A stretch of 64,000 nucleotides of DNA from Nitrospirota bacterium (GTDB lineage: Bacteria; Nitrospirota; UBA9217), in assembly GCA_963845065.1 (NCBI GenBank), contig CAWJQQ010000006.1:288001-352000 (forward strand). The letters run 5' to 3'. The notes beneath the pieces were generated by a model, which was not told the DNA's origin, ran no database searches, and saw only the letters and a program-made list of their open reading frames with translations. Shown in pieces: positions 10,148 to 19,857 of the stretch. The translations under genes were made by a program, and so were the position numbers. The stretch's first letter is position 1. Each line of letters opens with the position of its first letter.

Positions 10148-11029
10148 ATGACAACAATATCTGCAAGTGCAGTAAAGGACTTGAGAGAAAAAACCGGCGT
10201 CGGTATGATGGAAGCAAAAAAAGCCCTGGAAGAGGCCGGTGGCGATTTTGAAAAGGCCGTCGACATCCTTAGAAAAAAGGGGCTATCCGCTGCAGCAAAG
10301 AAGGCCGCGCGAGTTGCATCCGAGGGAATGATCGCCTCCTTTCTAGACAGCGGCGGCAAGGTCGGCGTCCTAATTGAAGTAAACAGCGAGACTGATTTCG
10401 TGGCAAAAAACGCGGATTTTCAAAGCTTCTCGAAAGGGCTTGCCGAACTCATCGCATCCAAGAAAGTGGCCGACATTGCGGCACTTTCAATTCTCACGCT
10501 ACAGGGAGAGAGCGTCGAAGCCAAGCGCAACGCGCTCGTACAAAAAATAGGCGAAAACATCGCAATCCGCCGATTCGTGCGTTACGAGACTTTAGGCCGA
10601 ATTGCAATCTACCTTCATGGCAACCGTATCGGTGTTATGGTTGATTACTTCGGTGACGAACAACTCGGAAAAGACCTTGCAATGCACATCGCTGCGGCCA
10701 GTCCGCAATTCCTTAACCGTGAAACAGTTCCCGCTGATTCTCTACAGCGTGAACGCGAAGTATATGAGGCGCAGGCCAAGGAATCTGGTAAGCCGGCGGC
10801 AGTTATTAGCAAGATTGTGGATGGAAAGCTCGAAAAATTTTACACGGACACCTGCCTTATGGACCAGATCTACATCAAGGACCCTGACGGCAAACTCAAG
10901 ATCAAGGATCTGTTGAAGAAGGCTGGCACGAACGTATCTGTCAGCCGTTTTGTTCGGTATCAGCTCGGTGAAGGAATCGAAAAGAAAAAAGAAAACTTTG
11001 CCGAGGAAGTTGCAGCTCAACTAAAATAA
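10148..11029 (+). CDS. tsf: Elongation factor Ts
   Basis: VKDLREKTGVGMMEAKKAL, EVNSETDFVAKN, RFVRYQLGEGIEK. Confidence 0.98.
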   Translation: MTTISASAVKDLREKTGVGMMEAKKALEEAGGDFEKAVDILRKKGLSAAAKKAARVASEGMIASFLDSGGKVGVLIEVNSETDFVAKNADFQSFSKGLAELIASKKVADIAALSILTLQGESVEAKRNALVQKIGENIAIRRFVRYETLGRIAIYLHGNRIGVMVDYFGDEQLGKDLAMHIAAASPQFLNRETVPADSLQREREVYEAQAKESGKPAAVISKIVDGKLEKFYTDTCLMDQIYIKDPDGKLKIKDLLKKAGTNVSVSRFVRYQLGEGIEKKKENFAEEVAAQLK

Positions 11030-11061
11030 AATAGGTTATAATCACGTATCCAATCAAATTG

Positions 11062-11130
11062 TACCGCGAAGACGCGGAGGACTACAAAAATGTTTCAGAT
11101 TTTCTTTGCATTCTACGCGTCTTAGCGGTA
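11062..11130. repeat. REP-like imperfect palindrome (copy A)
   Basis: TACCGCGAAGACGCGGAG ... CTACGCGTCTTAGCGGTA inverted arms between tsf and pyrH. Confidence 0.65.
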
Positions 11131-11180
11131 AACTCTCTTTCAATCGTTCCACAAATTAATAATACTAGAACAGGACCATC

Positions 11181-11909
11181 ATGACACCGCCGCGGTATAA
11201 ACGCATACTGCTCAAACTCTCGGGAGAGGCCCTCATGGGCGAACAAGGGTACGGCATTGATCACTCGGTGCTGGATGCGATCACATCCGAAGTCAAAGAA
11301 ATCTACGACCTTGGCGTCGAGGTCGCCGTGGTAATCGGAGGTGGCAACATTTTTCGGGGACTTTCTGGTGCAGCCAAAGGCATGGAGCGCGCTAGCGCTG
11401 ATTACATGGGCATGCTGGCAACGGTACTGAATGCGCTGGCACTCCAGAACATTCTCGAGAACAAAGGCGTGACCACCCGCGTCCAGTCAGCTATCGAGAT
11501 GCGCGAACTCGCCGAAACTTATATCCGAAGGCGCGCAGTCCGTCACTTAGAAAAGCGGCGTATTGTCATTTTCGCAGCCGGTACTGGCAACCCTTACTTC
11601 ACCACTGATACGGCGGCCGCGCTCCGCGCCATGGAAATCGGCGCGGAGGTCATCATGAAAGCCACAAAAGTTGACGGCGTTTACAATGCGGACCCCATGA
11701 AAGACAAGACCGCAATCAAGTTCGACAAACTGACGTATATTGATGTGCTCCAGAAGGATTTGCGAGTTATGGATGCAACCGCCATCTCCCTGTGCATGGA
11801 CAATAATCTTCCAATCATCGTTTTCAATCTAAACGTTTCTGGCAACATTAAAAGGATCATCCTGGGAGAAACAGTTGGGACTCTTGTAACCGGGAGGAAC
11901 AATGTTTAG
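11181..11909 (+). CDS. pyrH: Uridylate kinase
   Basis: [42 protein letters not shown]. Confidence 0.98.
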   Translation: MTPPRYKRILLKLSGEALMGEQGYGIDHSVLDAITSEVKEIYDLGVEVAVVIGGGNIFRGLSGAAKGMERASADYMGMLATVLNALALQNILENKGVTTRVQSAIEMRELAETYIRRRAVRHLEKRRIVIFAAGTGNPYFTTDTAAALRAMEIGAEVIMKATKVDGVYNADPMKDKTAIKFDKLTYIDVLQKDLRVMDATAISLCMDNNLPIIVFNLNVSGNIKRIILGETVGTLVTGRNNV

Positions 11910-12465
11910 CGAGCAGAAAAAAAAAGCAGAAGAAAAGATGAACAAAGCTCTTGAGGTACTAAGAAAGGAGTTCGCCTCACTCCGCACCGGCAGGGCATCA
12001 CTTGGCATGCTTGACGGCATCATTGTGGACTACTATGGGACTCCGACGCCGCTCAACCAAGTTGCCAACATGGCGGTACCTGATCCCCGTCAGATAACAA
12101 TTCAGCCATGGGAAGCCAAGTTGCTAGGGGAAATAGAGAAAGCCATTCTCAAGTCGGATCTTGGCTTGACACCTTCTAATGACGGGAAGGTCATTCGGCT
12201 TACAATCCCCCAACTGACCGAGGAGCGCAGGCAGCAGATTGTCAAGCATGCGAAGAAGCTTGCTGAAGACACACGGATTGCCGTCCGAAATATCCGCAGG
12301 GATGTAAACGACGAAATCAAGAAAAAGAGTAAAGATAAAGAAACACATATTTCAGAGGACGAAACCAAGAAGTTGCAGGACGATATTCAAAAAACAACAG
12401 ACACCTACGTAAAAAAGATCGATGAGTTCCTTGCTCACAAGGAAAAAGAAATCATGACCGTGTAA
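11902..12465 (+). CDS. frr: Ribosome recycling factor
   Basis: [41 protein letters not shown]. Confidence 0.98.
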   Translation: MFSEQKKKAEEKMNKALEVLRKEFASLRTGRASLGMLDGIIVDYYGTPTPLNQVANMAVPDPRQITIQPWEAKLLGEIEKAILKSDLGLTPSNDGKVIRLTIPQLTEERRQQIVKHAKKLAEDTRIAVRNIRRDVNDEIKKKSKDKETHISEDETKKLQDDIQKTTDTYVKKIDEFLAHKEKEIMTV

Positions 12466-12617
12466 GAAAGAATTATTATTGCTTTCTGCTCTAGAGGCCT
12501 CAACATTTTTTGAGACGAAAACTGTCTCAAGTCACTCGATAATCATTTGTTGTCTTAGTATTTACAAAGCACAATCTATTTATAAGTAAATTTTATGTAA
12601 TTATACCCGATTTTTTC

Positions 12618-12646
12618 TTGACAAAAAACGAAAGTTCCTGTAGATT
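12618..12646 (+). promoter_or_regulatory. Sigma70 promoter of atpB-atpE
   Basis: TTGACA-N17-TAGATT. Confidence 0.7.
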
Positions 12647-12681
12647 TTTCGTATCTTTAATCAACTGCTAGGAGCGTGTGT

Positions 12682-13362
12682 ATGAAAGAGGGCCCGTTAC
12701 TTTTGCCTCAAATTCATGGTTTTCCCGATCATGTAACGTATACCTGGCTTGCGATGGCCATTCTCATCGGTCTTTCACTCGCAGCACGCTTCTCGCTAAA
12801 AAAGACCGCGCCGACGGGCTTGCAGAACTTTCTAGAGACCATTGTCAGCGCTCTTGAGGACTTCGTTGTTGACATCATGGGCCCTGAAGGGATGCATTAC
12901 CTCCCGCTCATCAGTTCATTGTTTCTTTTCATTCTCGTCTGCAACCTTCAAGGCCTTGTCCCCGGGCTTGATTCACCTACTGCAAACCTCAACACAACTC
13001 TCGCGCTTGCGCTCGTCGCTTTCACGATGACCCATTACATCGGTTTGAAGAGGCATGGCATAGGATACGTCAAACACTTCTTGGGCCCCATGTGGGTGCT
13101 TGCACCACTTATGTTTCCCATCGAGGTCATCAGCCATCTTGCACGCGTTATTTCACTTTCTTTTCGTTTGTTCGGGAACATGATCGCAAAACACAAACTG
13201 CTTCTCGTCCTCGCACTTCTGGCTCCCTACATCGCTCCCGTTCCCATCCTGGGCCTCGGCCTGCTCGTTTCCTTCGTCCAAGCGGGTGTGTTTACGCTTT
13301 TAACAATGCTTTATCTTTCCGGCTCCATTGAGGCGGCGCATATCGGTGGAGAGCATCACTAA
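12682..13362 (+). CDS. atpB: F0F1 ATP synthase subunit a
   Basis: PTGLQNFLE, SPTANLN, SLSFRLFGNM (essential Arg), FVQAGVFTLLTMLYL. Confidence 0.95.
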   Translation: MKEGPLLLPQIHGFPDHVTYTWLAMAILIGLSLAARFSLKKTAPTGLQNFLETIVSALEDFVVDIMGPEGMHYLPLISSLFLFILVCNLQGLVPGLDSPTANLNTTLALALVAFTMTHYIGLKRHGIGYVKHFLGPMWVLAPLMFPIEVISHLARVISLSFRLFGNMIAKHKLLLVLALLAPYIAPVPILGLGLLVSFVQAGVFTLLTMLYLSGSIEAAHIGGEHH

Positions 13363-13482
13363 TAATTATTAATTAACCCTGGGTGACGGTAACTCCTTCC
13401 GACTGGATGGAGTCCCTGGGAGGTAACGTCCCGGCACGATTCCGGACCGCAAATCAGACTTCAAAAGAAAGGAGGACGAAAC

Positions 13483-13827
13483 TTGAAAAAATCTTTTGCT
13501 ATCATGCTTCTCGTTATCGGCCTGATGCTGATAACATCCGTTGCTTTTGCCGCTGAGGCGACAGCTGCTCCTGATGCAACTAAGTTGTCATTCTACGGCA
13601 CTGTAGCCGCAGCTTCTGCAATCGGCATGGGCCTGGCTGCCTTGGGCACCGGAATCGGCATGGGCCTGGGCATCGGCAGATCGACCGAAGGTATAGCCCG
13701 CAACCCCGAGGCATCGGGAAAGATCATGACTACCATGATCGTGGGTCTGGCCCTAATCGAGTCGCTGGCCATTTACACCCTGGTCGTTGTGCTAATCCTG
13801 CTATACGCAAAACCATTCGGCGTTTAA
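13483..13827 (+). CDS. atpE: F0F1 ATP synthase subunit c with signal-like N-terminal extension
   Basis: GxGxG zipper, IARNPEA, ALIESLAIY; TTG start after AGGAGG. Confidence 0.95.
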   Translation: MKKSFAIMLLVIGLMLITSVAFAAEATAAPDATKLSFYGTVAAASAIGMGLAALGTGIGMGLGIGRSTEGIARNPEASGKIMTTMIVGLALIESLAIYTLVVVLILLYAKPFGV

Positions 13828-13853
13828 TCGTCCGAATGCCTGTCGTTAATTAG

Positions 13854-13891
13854 AAAAAATGAGACGGTTCAAAGAACCGTCTCATTTTTTT
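13854..13891 (+). terminator. Terminator after atpE
   Basis: Perfect ATGAGACGGTTC/GAACCGTCTCAT stem plus T tract. Confidence 0.9.
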
Positions 13892-13989
13892 GGTTCTTAT
13901 GTGATGCGACTTTATCAATCGTAATATGCTATTCGTAGAAAATTTTCGTTGTATTACTTTCTGTATCTCTATCTCAACAGCTTCGGCCA

Positions 13990-14065
13990 ATGAACTACAC
14001 ACGGGCTAAAGCCCGTGGTTTCCGGTCAAGCAAAGGCGATTCAGCCCGCTTCGCTCCAGGCAGCC
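13990..14065 (-). mobile_element. IS200/IS605-family (TnpB-type) right-end relic
   Basis: Minus strand reads GGAAACCACGGGCTTTAGCCCGTGTGTAGTTCAT: subterminal hairpin with TTTA loop followed by a GTAGTTCA end; no intact tnpA/tnpB ORF. Confidence 0.65.
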
Positions 14066-14679
14066 GTCATCACTAGTTTTAATAAACTGGGGTTTTCTGG
14101 CAATGGTAATAAATATTATGCCTTTATTCCCCCCATTTCAGAATCGTCAATGAGTTTTATTTCAACACCGGCCTGCGCATTACCTAACACCCTTCCATTC
14201 CGGCAGATTTAGGCCTTCTCGCTCACTTCAGCCAATCCGCTCACAACCGTGTTCCTATATGCCGCGATAAACTCTTAGTTCTTCACATCCCCCGTCACTT
14301 TAGCGTTCCCAATATATCTTTCCTGCCTAAAATGCGGCGTGGCAAAGTTCATGCATTGTCGACGACAAAAGCGTCGTCGCATAGCTTACGGTAACCTCAA
14401 ATTTTTACAAAGTTGCCTACATACACTCTATCATTGGCGTGCGCATGCTCGGCGACTATCCACCTCAATTCGGAGGGTGGAATATTTCAGTCCATAGTTC
14501 TCCACAGCCTGTTACGCCATCGATAACTTTATTTCCCTACCTACCAATATAGTGAAAAATACTTGAAGGCGTAGTACCTTTGCGGCACTACCATATCTTA
14601 AATTTCCTTTAGATTAATCGCACAATTTGTTATAATAAGCGCTTAGTAAACACCCTCTTGACAAGGAGTACATGGGACA

Positions 14680-16089
14680 ATGAATAACGCGAGTAACGTA
14701 CGTGTTCGCTTTGCGCCAAGCCCCACAGGTGCACTGCATATTGGCGGCGTTCGGACTGCGCTCTTCAATTACCTTTTTGCACGTCATTATAACGGGAAGT
14801 TCATTTTAAGGATTGAAGACACAGACCAAACAAGATCCACGGATGAATCGATCAAGATCATCGTCAACGGCATGAAATGGCTTGGCCTCGACTGGGATGA
14901 AGGCCCATTCCGGCAGACAGACCGGATGGATATTTATCGTGCCCACATTGACAGGTTAATCAAGGAGGATAAGGCATACTTTTGTTACTGCACTCCTTTG
15001 GAGCTCGAAGCACGCAGAAAGGAAGCCCTGAATGCGGGCAGACCGCCCAAGTATGACCGGAAATGCCGCTCGCTCTCAGCGCCTGTACCAAACAGAACCC
15101 CGGCAGTACGTTTTCTCTCTATCAACGAAGGCCAAACTATAGTGCGGGACCTGATCCGTGGGGCAGTAATTTTTGAAAACCAGCAGCTCGACGACCTGAT
15201 CATTCAGCGTTCTGATGGGTTTCCAACGTACAATTTCGCTGTTGTAGTCGACGATGTTACAATGAAAATTTCTCATGTAGTCCGCGGCGATGATCATCTG
15301 AACAATACACCTCGTCAGATCCAACTCTATCAGGCGCTCGGGTACGATCCGCCGGAGTTTGCTCATCTGCCTATGATTCTCGGGGCGGACAAAACAAAGC
15401 TTTCAAAACGGCACGGAGCAACTGCCGTTACCGAATATGTAGAACTGGGTTATTTGCCCGAAGCGCTAGTGAACTATCTCGCGCGCCTCGGCTGGTCCCA
15501 TGGTGACCAGGAGATCTTCTCGCGCCAGGAACTCATCGAGAAATTCTCTCTTGACACCGTGGGCAAAGCACCGTCGGTCTTTAATCCCGAGAAACTTCTG
15601 TGGCTGAATCATCATTATATTCAGCAGGCGAACCACGGCAGGCTTGCAAATCTGGTCCTCGACCTGTTAAAGAAAGATGGCGTCGTAAAGACCGACCCTG
15701 ATATCGAGTGGTTCAAGAAACTCATAGCGATACTGACCGAGCGTAGCCACACCCTCGTTGAGATGAAGGCGGGTGCGCTTCCATTTATTGTCGACGAAAT
15801 CACGATAGACGAAAAGGCGAAAGCCAAGCAGTTGACGCCCGATGTTGCCCCACTCCTTAGGGAATTGGCAGGCAGGCTGAAGCTTATTGAGCCTTTTTCA
15901 CGTGAGGATATAGAAAAGGTCTTTACCTCCCTAGTCAACGAGAAAGGTATTAAACTTGGCAAACTCGCTCAACCGTTGCGTGTTGCGCTCACTGGCGGCA
16001 CTGTCAGTCCCGGTATTTTCGAAGTAATCGAAGTGATGGGAAAAGACAAAGTGATCAGACGGATTGACACTGCGGTGAAGCTCATTTAG
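14680..16089 (+). CDS. gltX: Glutamate--tRNA ligase
   Basis: RFAPSPTGALHIGG (HIGH), LRIEDTD, KLSKRHGA (KMSKS). Confidence 0.98.
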   Translation: MNNASNVRVRFAPSPTGALHIGGVRTALFNYLFARHYNGKFILRIEDTDQTRSTDESIKIIVNGMKWLGLDWDEGPFRQTDRMDIYRAHIDRLIKEDKAYFCYCTPLELEARRKEALNAGRPPKYDRKCRSLSAPVPNRTPAVRFLSINEGQTIVRDLIRGAVIFENQQLDDLIIQRSDGFPTYNFAVVVDDVTMKISHVVRGDDHLNNTPRQIQLYQALGYDPPEFAHLPMILGADKTKLSKRHGATAVTEYVELGYLPEALVNYLARLGWSHGDQEIFSRQELIEKFSLDTVGKAPSVFNPEKLLWLNHHYIQQANHGRLANLVLDLLKKDGVVKTDPDIEWFKKLIAILTERSHTLVEMKAGALPFIVDEITIDEKAKAKQLTPDVAPLLRELAGRLKLIEPFSREDIEKVFTSLVNEKGIKLGKLAQPLRVALTGGTVSPGIFEVIEVMGKDKVIRRIDTAVKLI

Positions 16090-16221
16090 CTATTATAGAT
16101 GCTTCATTTGCTGCTATTGTCTTTAATGCTTAATAATGCTAAACGAAATGCTACTTGAGATTTTGCTTTTCCTTTGTCCGCATCCATTATAAAGAGATAT
16201 CTATAAGAGGGGACCAATTCG

Positions 16222-16634
16222 ATTGGCCTTACTAAATGGAATGATTTTTTGCTGTTAATATATATAATGGAAATCGACAATCAACACAAGAAACTCATTC
16301 ATCTTTTATGCCAGCTGTATAGCGCCATGAAGGCTGAAAAAGATAAAGAGGCAGTAAGCACAGTATTAACCGATCTCGTTTGACTACACGGTCTATCATT
16401 TCGAGACAGAAGTGCTGCTGCTTCTTCAATTCGGATATTCGCAGTACCAAGCACACAAGTTCATTCACGATGATCTGGCCACGCGAACGATACAGCTTAA
16501 GGACCTGTTAGACCGCGGAAATAATCTGACCGCGATGGATGTTATTCTTTTTTCAGAGTAACTGGCTGAACGTGCATATTCTCGAGGTCGACAAAAAGTA
16601 CAGTACGTACCTCAGTAACAGAGGCATCAAGTAA
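16222..16634 (+). pseudogene. Bacteriohemerythrin pseudogene
   Basis: Three frames give KWND..EIDNQHKKL / DYTVYHFETEV..GY..YQAHKFIHD / NWLNVHILEVDKKY; frameshifts near 16381 and in the T run at about 16550. Confidence 0.9.
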
Positions 16635-16715
16635 GTACTGAACTCATCATCTGATGATGGCGATCAAAAGCTTGTACTAACGCTATCGCCCATAACTCCA
16701 TTTACCGGTAAATGT

Positions 16716-17222
16716 TTGAACTCATTCAATAGACAACGCTGCATTGAAACAAAATTTCTCCTTACAGGAGCCGTTCAGAGGTACCATTGCGAACTGCTTT
16801 ATCTCGAAAACGACTTCGGGATTTTGCGATATGTCATCGACAAGGAATATAATATATGCAGCATGCGATTAATGCCCGGCGACGTCACTACTGCTCTATA
16901 CTGGACTGACAGGCCGTACACACTATATATATGGCAGGTGAATGGTACCAAGGAAGCGGTATATTACTTTAATATCGCAGACAGCATTACCCTTTCCCCA
17001 GACGAATTTAGCTGGCGCGATCTCACTGTCGATATATTCATCGATACGGCGGGAGCGGTTCACGTCCTTGATGAGGACGAGCTCCCAGTTGATTTGCCTG
17101 CGGAACTGCAATGTTATATCTTGACTGCAAAGTCATACATATTAAACTTCTATGGGGATCTAATTATTGAAGCGAATGCTCTAGTGAAAAAATATGTAGC
17201 CGCAGCAATTAGTGAACTTTAA
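16716..17222 (+). CDS. DUF402 domain protein
   Basis: YYFNIA, WRDLTVDI, VLDEDEL motifs; start uncertain. Confidence 0.8.
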   Translation: MNSFNRQRCIETKFLLTGAVQRYHCELLYLENDFGILRYVIDKEYNICSMRLMPGDVTTALYWTDRPYTLYIWQVNGTKEAVYYFNIADSITLSPDEFSWRDLTVDIFIDTAGAVHVLDEDELPVDLPAELQCYILTAKSYILNFYGDLIIEANALVKKYVAAAISEL

Positions 17223-17269
17223 GTTTTATTCTTACCAGGTTGTCTTAAAAGTGACAGAAGCCTTTCCCG

Positions 17270-17298
17270 TTGTCAATCCACTTTTTTTACGTTATACT
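17270..17298 (+). promoter_or_regulatory. Sigma70 promoter for S4-domain gene/pdxA (leaderless geometry)
   Basis: TTGTCA-N17-TATACT ending 6 nt before the first homologous codon. Confidence 0.6.
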
Positions 17299-17304
17299 TA
17301 CTTC

Positions 17305-17718
17305 GGGCGTGTCGATTTGTTTTTGAAATCATGCCGCTTCGTTGAACGAAGGACAATTGCACGCGAGATGTGTAACGCGGGCAGAGTCCTGGTAAATGGG
17401 CACGAGGTGAAACCCTCCAAAGAACTGAATCGGGGCGATCGTGTCGCTTTGCAATTTACCAGGAAGAGTATCGAATTCGATGTTCTTGCTCTTCCTGATC
17501 GGAAATCAGTGCAGAAGGCGAATGTACAAACCCTTTATTACATGATTTTCGGAAAAATGTGTAAGCGAGAAGATAGTGGATGGATAAAAAACCTCTCATT
17601 ATCATCACCATGGGTGATCCTGCAGGCATCGGTCCCGAGATCATCGCTAAAGTTATCGACAGCGGCGAGCTATTTTCTCACTGTCGACCCGTCGTCGTCG
17701 GTGACGCAGGTGTCATGA
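17305..17718 (+). CDS. RNA-binding S4 domain protein (HslR/YabO-like); expected start codon reads GGG
   Basis: RVDLFLKSCRFVERRTIAREMCNAGRVLVNG..KPSKEL..GD matches the family N-terminus MR(L/V)DxFL; 3' end overlaps pdxA. Confidence 0.75.
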   Translation, partial: GRVDLFLKSCRFVERRTIAREMCNAGRVLVNGHEVKPSKELNRGDRVALQFTRKSIEFDVLALPDRKSVQKANVQTLYYMIFGKMCKREDSGWIKNLSLSSPWVILQASVPRSSLKLSTAASYFLTVDPSSSVTQVS

Positions 17719-18599
17719 AAAGGCTGATCGAAGACATGCGGCTTTCCATTTCCGTACAGCCTCGCTCATTGCTCACAGAAATAGATCCTTCCCCTGGCAA
17801 ACTCGATGTCCTTGATTTGCAGAACGTCAATTTGGCTACGCATGCATGGGGAAGACCTGATGCCTCATCAGGCAAATCAGTCGTTGAATACGTCAAGCGC
17901 GCTGTTACACTCACGTTGAGTCGCCAGGCAGACGCAATCGTCACCGGACCGATTAGCAAGGAAATGATGAATGCAGCTGGACATCATTACGCAGGTCACA
18001 CAGAACTTCTCGCCGATTTGACGAATACTCGGGAATACGGAATGATGTTCGTCGGCGGCGGTCTTCGTGTGATCCTTGCGACAATCCATATGGCGCTCAA
18101 GGATGTGCCGCGCCATATTACGACTCCGGTTGTGCTTAAAACCTTACGGCTCGCTCACAAGGCCATGCAATCCTTCGGTTTCAACACGCCTCGTATTGGC
18201 GTTGCTGCACTCAATCCCCATGCTGGTGAAGGCAGGCTCTTCGGCTCTGAAGAGTGGGATGTGATCCTGCCTGCCGTGATTAAAGCACGTGATGAGGGAA
18301 TACACGCGAGCGATCCCCTGCCTGCAGACACCTTATTCTACAAGGCCAGAAATAATTATTATGACATTGTCGTTGCAATGTACCATGATCAAGGTCTTGC
18401 GCCACTAAAAATGCTCGCTTTCGGCAACGCTGTAAATGTGACTGTCGGTTTGCCAATCATCCGTACGTCAGTTGATCACGGCACCGCCTATGATATAGCG
18501 GGTAAGGGCTGCGCTGACCCATCTAGCCTGCTGGCAGCAGTCAAACTTGCCTCCGAAATGGCAATCCATCTACGCACCACATCCAAGGAGCGCACTTGA
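17580..18599 (+). CDS. pdxA: 4-hydroxythreonine-4-phosphate dehydrogenase
   Basis: TMGDPAGIGPEI, GHTE, LNPHAGE, AMYHDQG, RTSVDHGTAYDIAG. Confidence 0.96.
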   Translation: MDKKPLIIITMGDPAGIGPEIIAKVIDSGELFSHCRPVVVGDAGVMKRLIEDMRLSISVQPRSLLTEIDPSPGKLDVLDLQNVNLATHAWGRPDASSGKSVVEYVKRAVTLTLSRQADAIVTGPISKEMMNAAGHHYAGHTELLADLTNTREYGMMFVGGGLRVILATIHMALKDVPRHITTPVVLKTLRLAHKAMQSFGFNTPRIGVAALNPHAGEGRLFGSEEWDVILPAVIKARDEGIHASDPLPADTLFYKARNNYYDIVVAMYHDQGLAPLKMLAFGNAVNVTVGLPIIRTSVDHGTAYDIAGKGCADPSSLLAAVKLASEMAIHLRTTSKERT

Positions 18600-19663
18600 C
18601 CAACCAGCAGCCCTACATGAGTCGCTCCACCTTTTTTGCTCTTGCCTTCTTCAGTGTCTTTCTTTTCCTCTTATATCAGATGCTGCGCTTACTAGCACCT
18701 TTCGGGTCGGCCCTACTTTTAGCGGTCATACTTGCAATTGCTCTGCACCCTATCCACAACCGGTTGGTAAAATGTTTAAAAGGTCGTAAAAAACTGTCTT
18801 CTTTTATCATGACTTTTTTTATCATTCTACTTGTCATCGGTCCGGCCATAACTTTGTTCGGACTTCTTACGACTCAGGCTATCGATGTCTACCAAGGAAT
18901 CATGGTCGGCATTCAGTCCAACAAATTTCCAGAAGCTTGGGCCCAGACGATCAACCGCTTCTCCAGCAGAATCGAGGAGTACTCCGTCCTGTTCAGGGTC
19001 GATATAAAGGGGTTTTTACTCCAAAGTCTGGGTACTGTCTCATCCAGCCTTGCAGCACAGTTCGGGACTCTGCTCAAGAATACCGTCATTTTAGCCATTG
19101 ATCTCATGGTCATGTTAATCGCTTTATTTTTCTTTTTCCTAAACGGAGAGAACTACTATCGCTTCTTCATTGATATGCTGCCATTTTCCTCCGAACATAA
19201 AAAAGCAGTGGCTGAAAAAGTGCACGATACATTCATCGCGGTCGTAAACGGTGTATTCCTCATTGCTCTCGTTCAAGGCGTTTTAACTGGCGTCGGTTTC
19301 GCCCTGTTTGGTCTTCCCGTTCCTGTCTTTTGGGGAAGCCTTGCAGCTATCTTCGCACTCTTCCCGATCGGAGGTGCGGCTCTCGTATGGGTTCCAGGAG
19401 TTATATTTTTATACATGAAAGGGTCCGTTATTCGGAGCATCCTTTTAGTTTTTTGGGGTCTAGTCTTTGTCACTTTGCCGGACAACTTTGCAAAACCCGT
19501 ACTAATCGGCCGAAAAGCAAAAATACCAACGTTCTTTTTGTTTATAAGTATCTTGGGTGGATTGAACGTATACGGCGTATTTGGAATATTATTGGGTCCA
19601 CTAGTCGTGACCATTCTCACAGCTTTTATCCAGATTTATCGCGAAGAATATGCAGACAATTAA
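18596..19663 (+). CDS. AI-2E family transporter
   Basis: Multi-TM protein; PIGGAALVWVP, DNFAKPVLIG, GGLNVYGVFGILLGP. Confidence 0.9.
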   Translation: MTNQQPYMSRSTFFALAFFSVFLFLLYQMLRLLAPFGSALLLAVILAIALHPIHNRLVKCLKGRKKLSSFIMTFFIILLVIGPAITLFGLLTTQAIDVYQGIMVGIQSNKFPEAWAQTINRFSSRIEEYSVLFRVDIKGFLLQSLGTVSSSLAAQFGTLLKNTVILAIDLMVMLIALFFFFLNGENYYRFFIDMLPFSSEHKKAVAEKVHDTFIAVVNGVFLIALVQGVLTGVGFALFGLPVPVFWGSLAAIFALFPIGGAALVWVPGVIFLYMKGSVIRSILLVFWGLVFVTLPDNFAKPVLIGRKAKIPTFFLFISILGGLNVYGVFGILLGPLVVTILTAFIQIYREEYADN

Positions 19664-19857
19664 GAACGGCATAATGATTCGCTGCTTGAATAGCAGAATC
19701 TAGTAAACTCATTTCGCCCTTTATCACCTCTGGGGCATGAACCCCTCTGATAACCTAGGGCATGCGTGGCGCTCCCCTGTAAACCCAAGATTAGGTTCCC
19801 CGAAGCAAGTACTTGGTATAACTTTCGTGATAAATTATTTCAGAAGGAGAGAGATAC

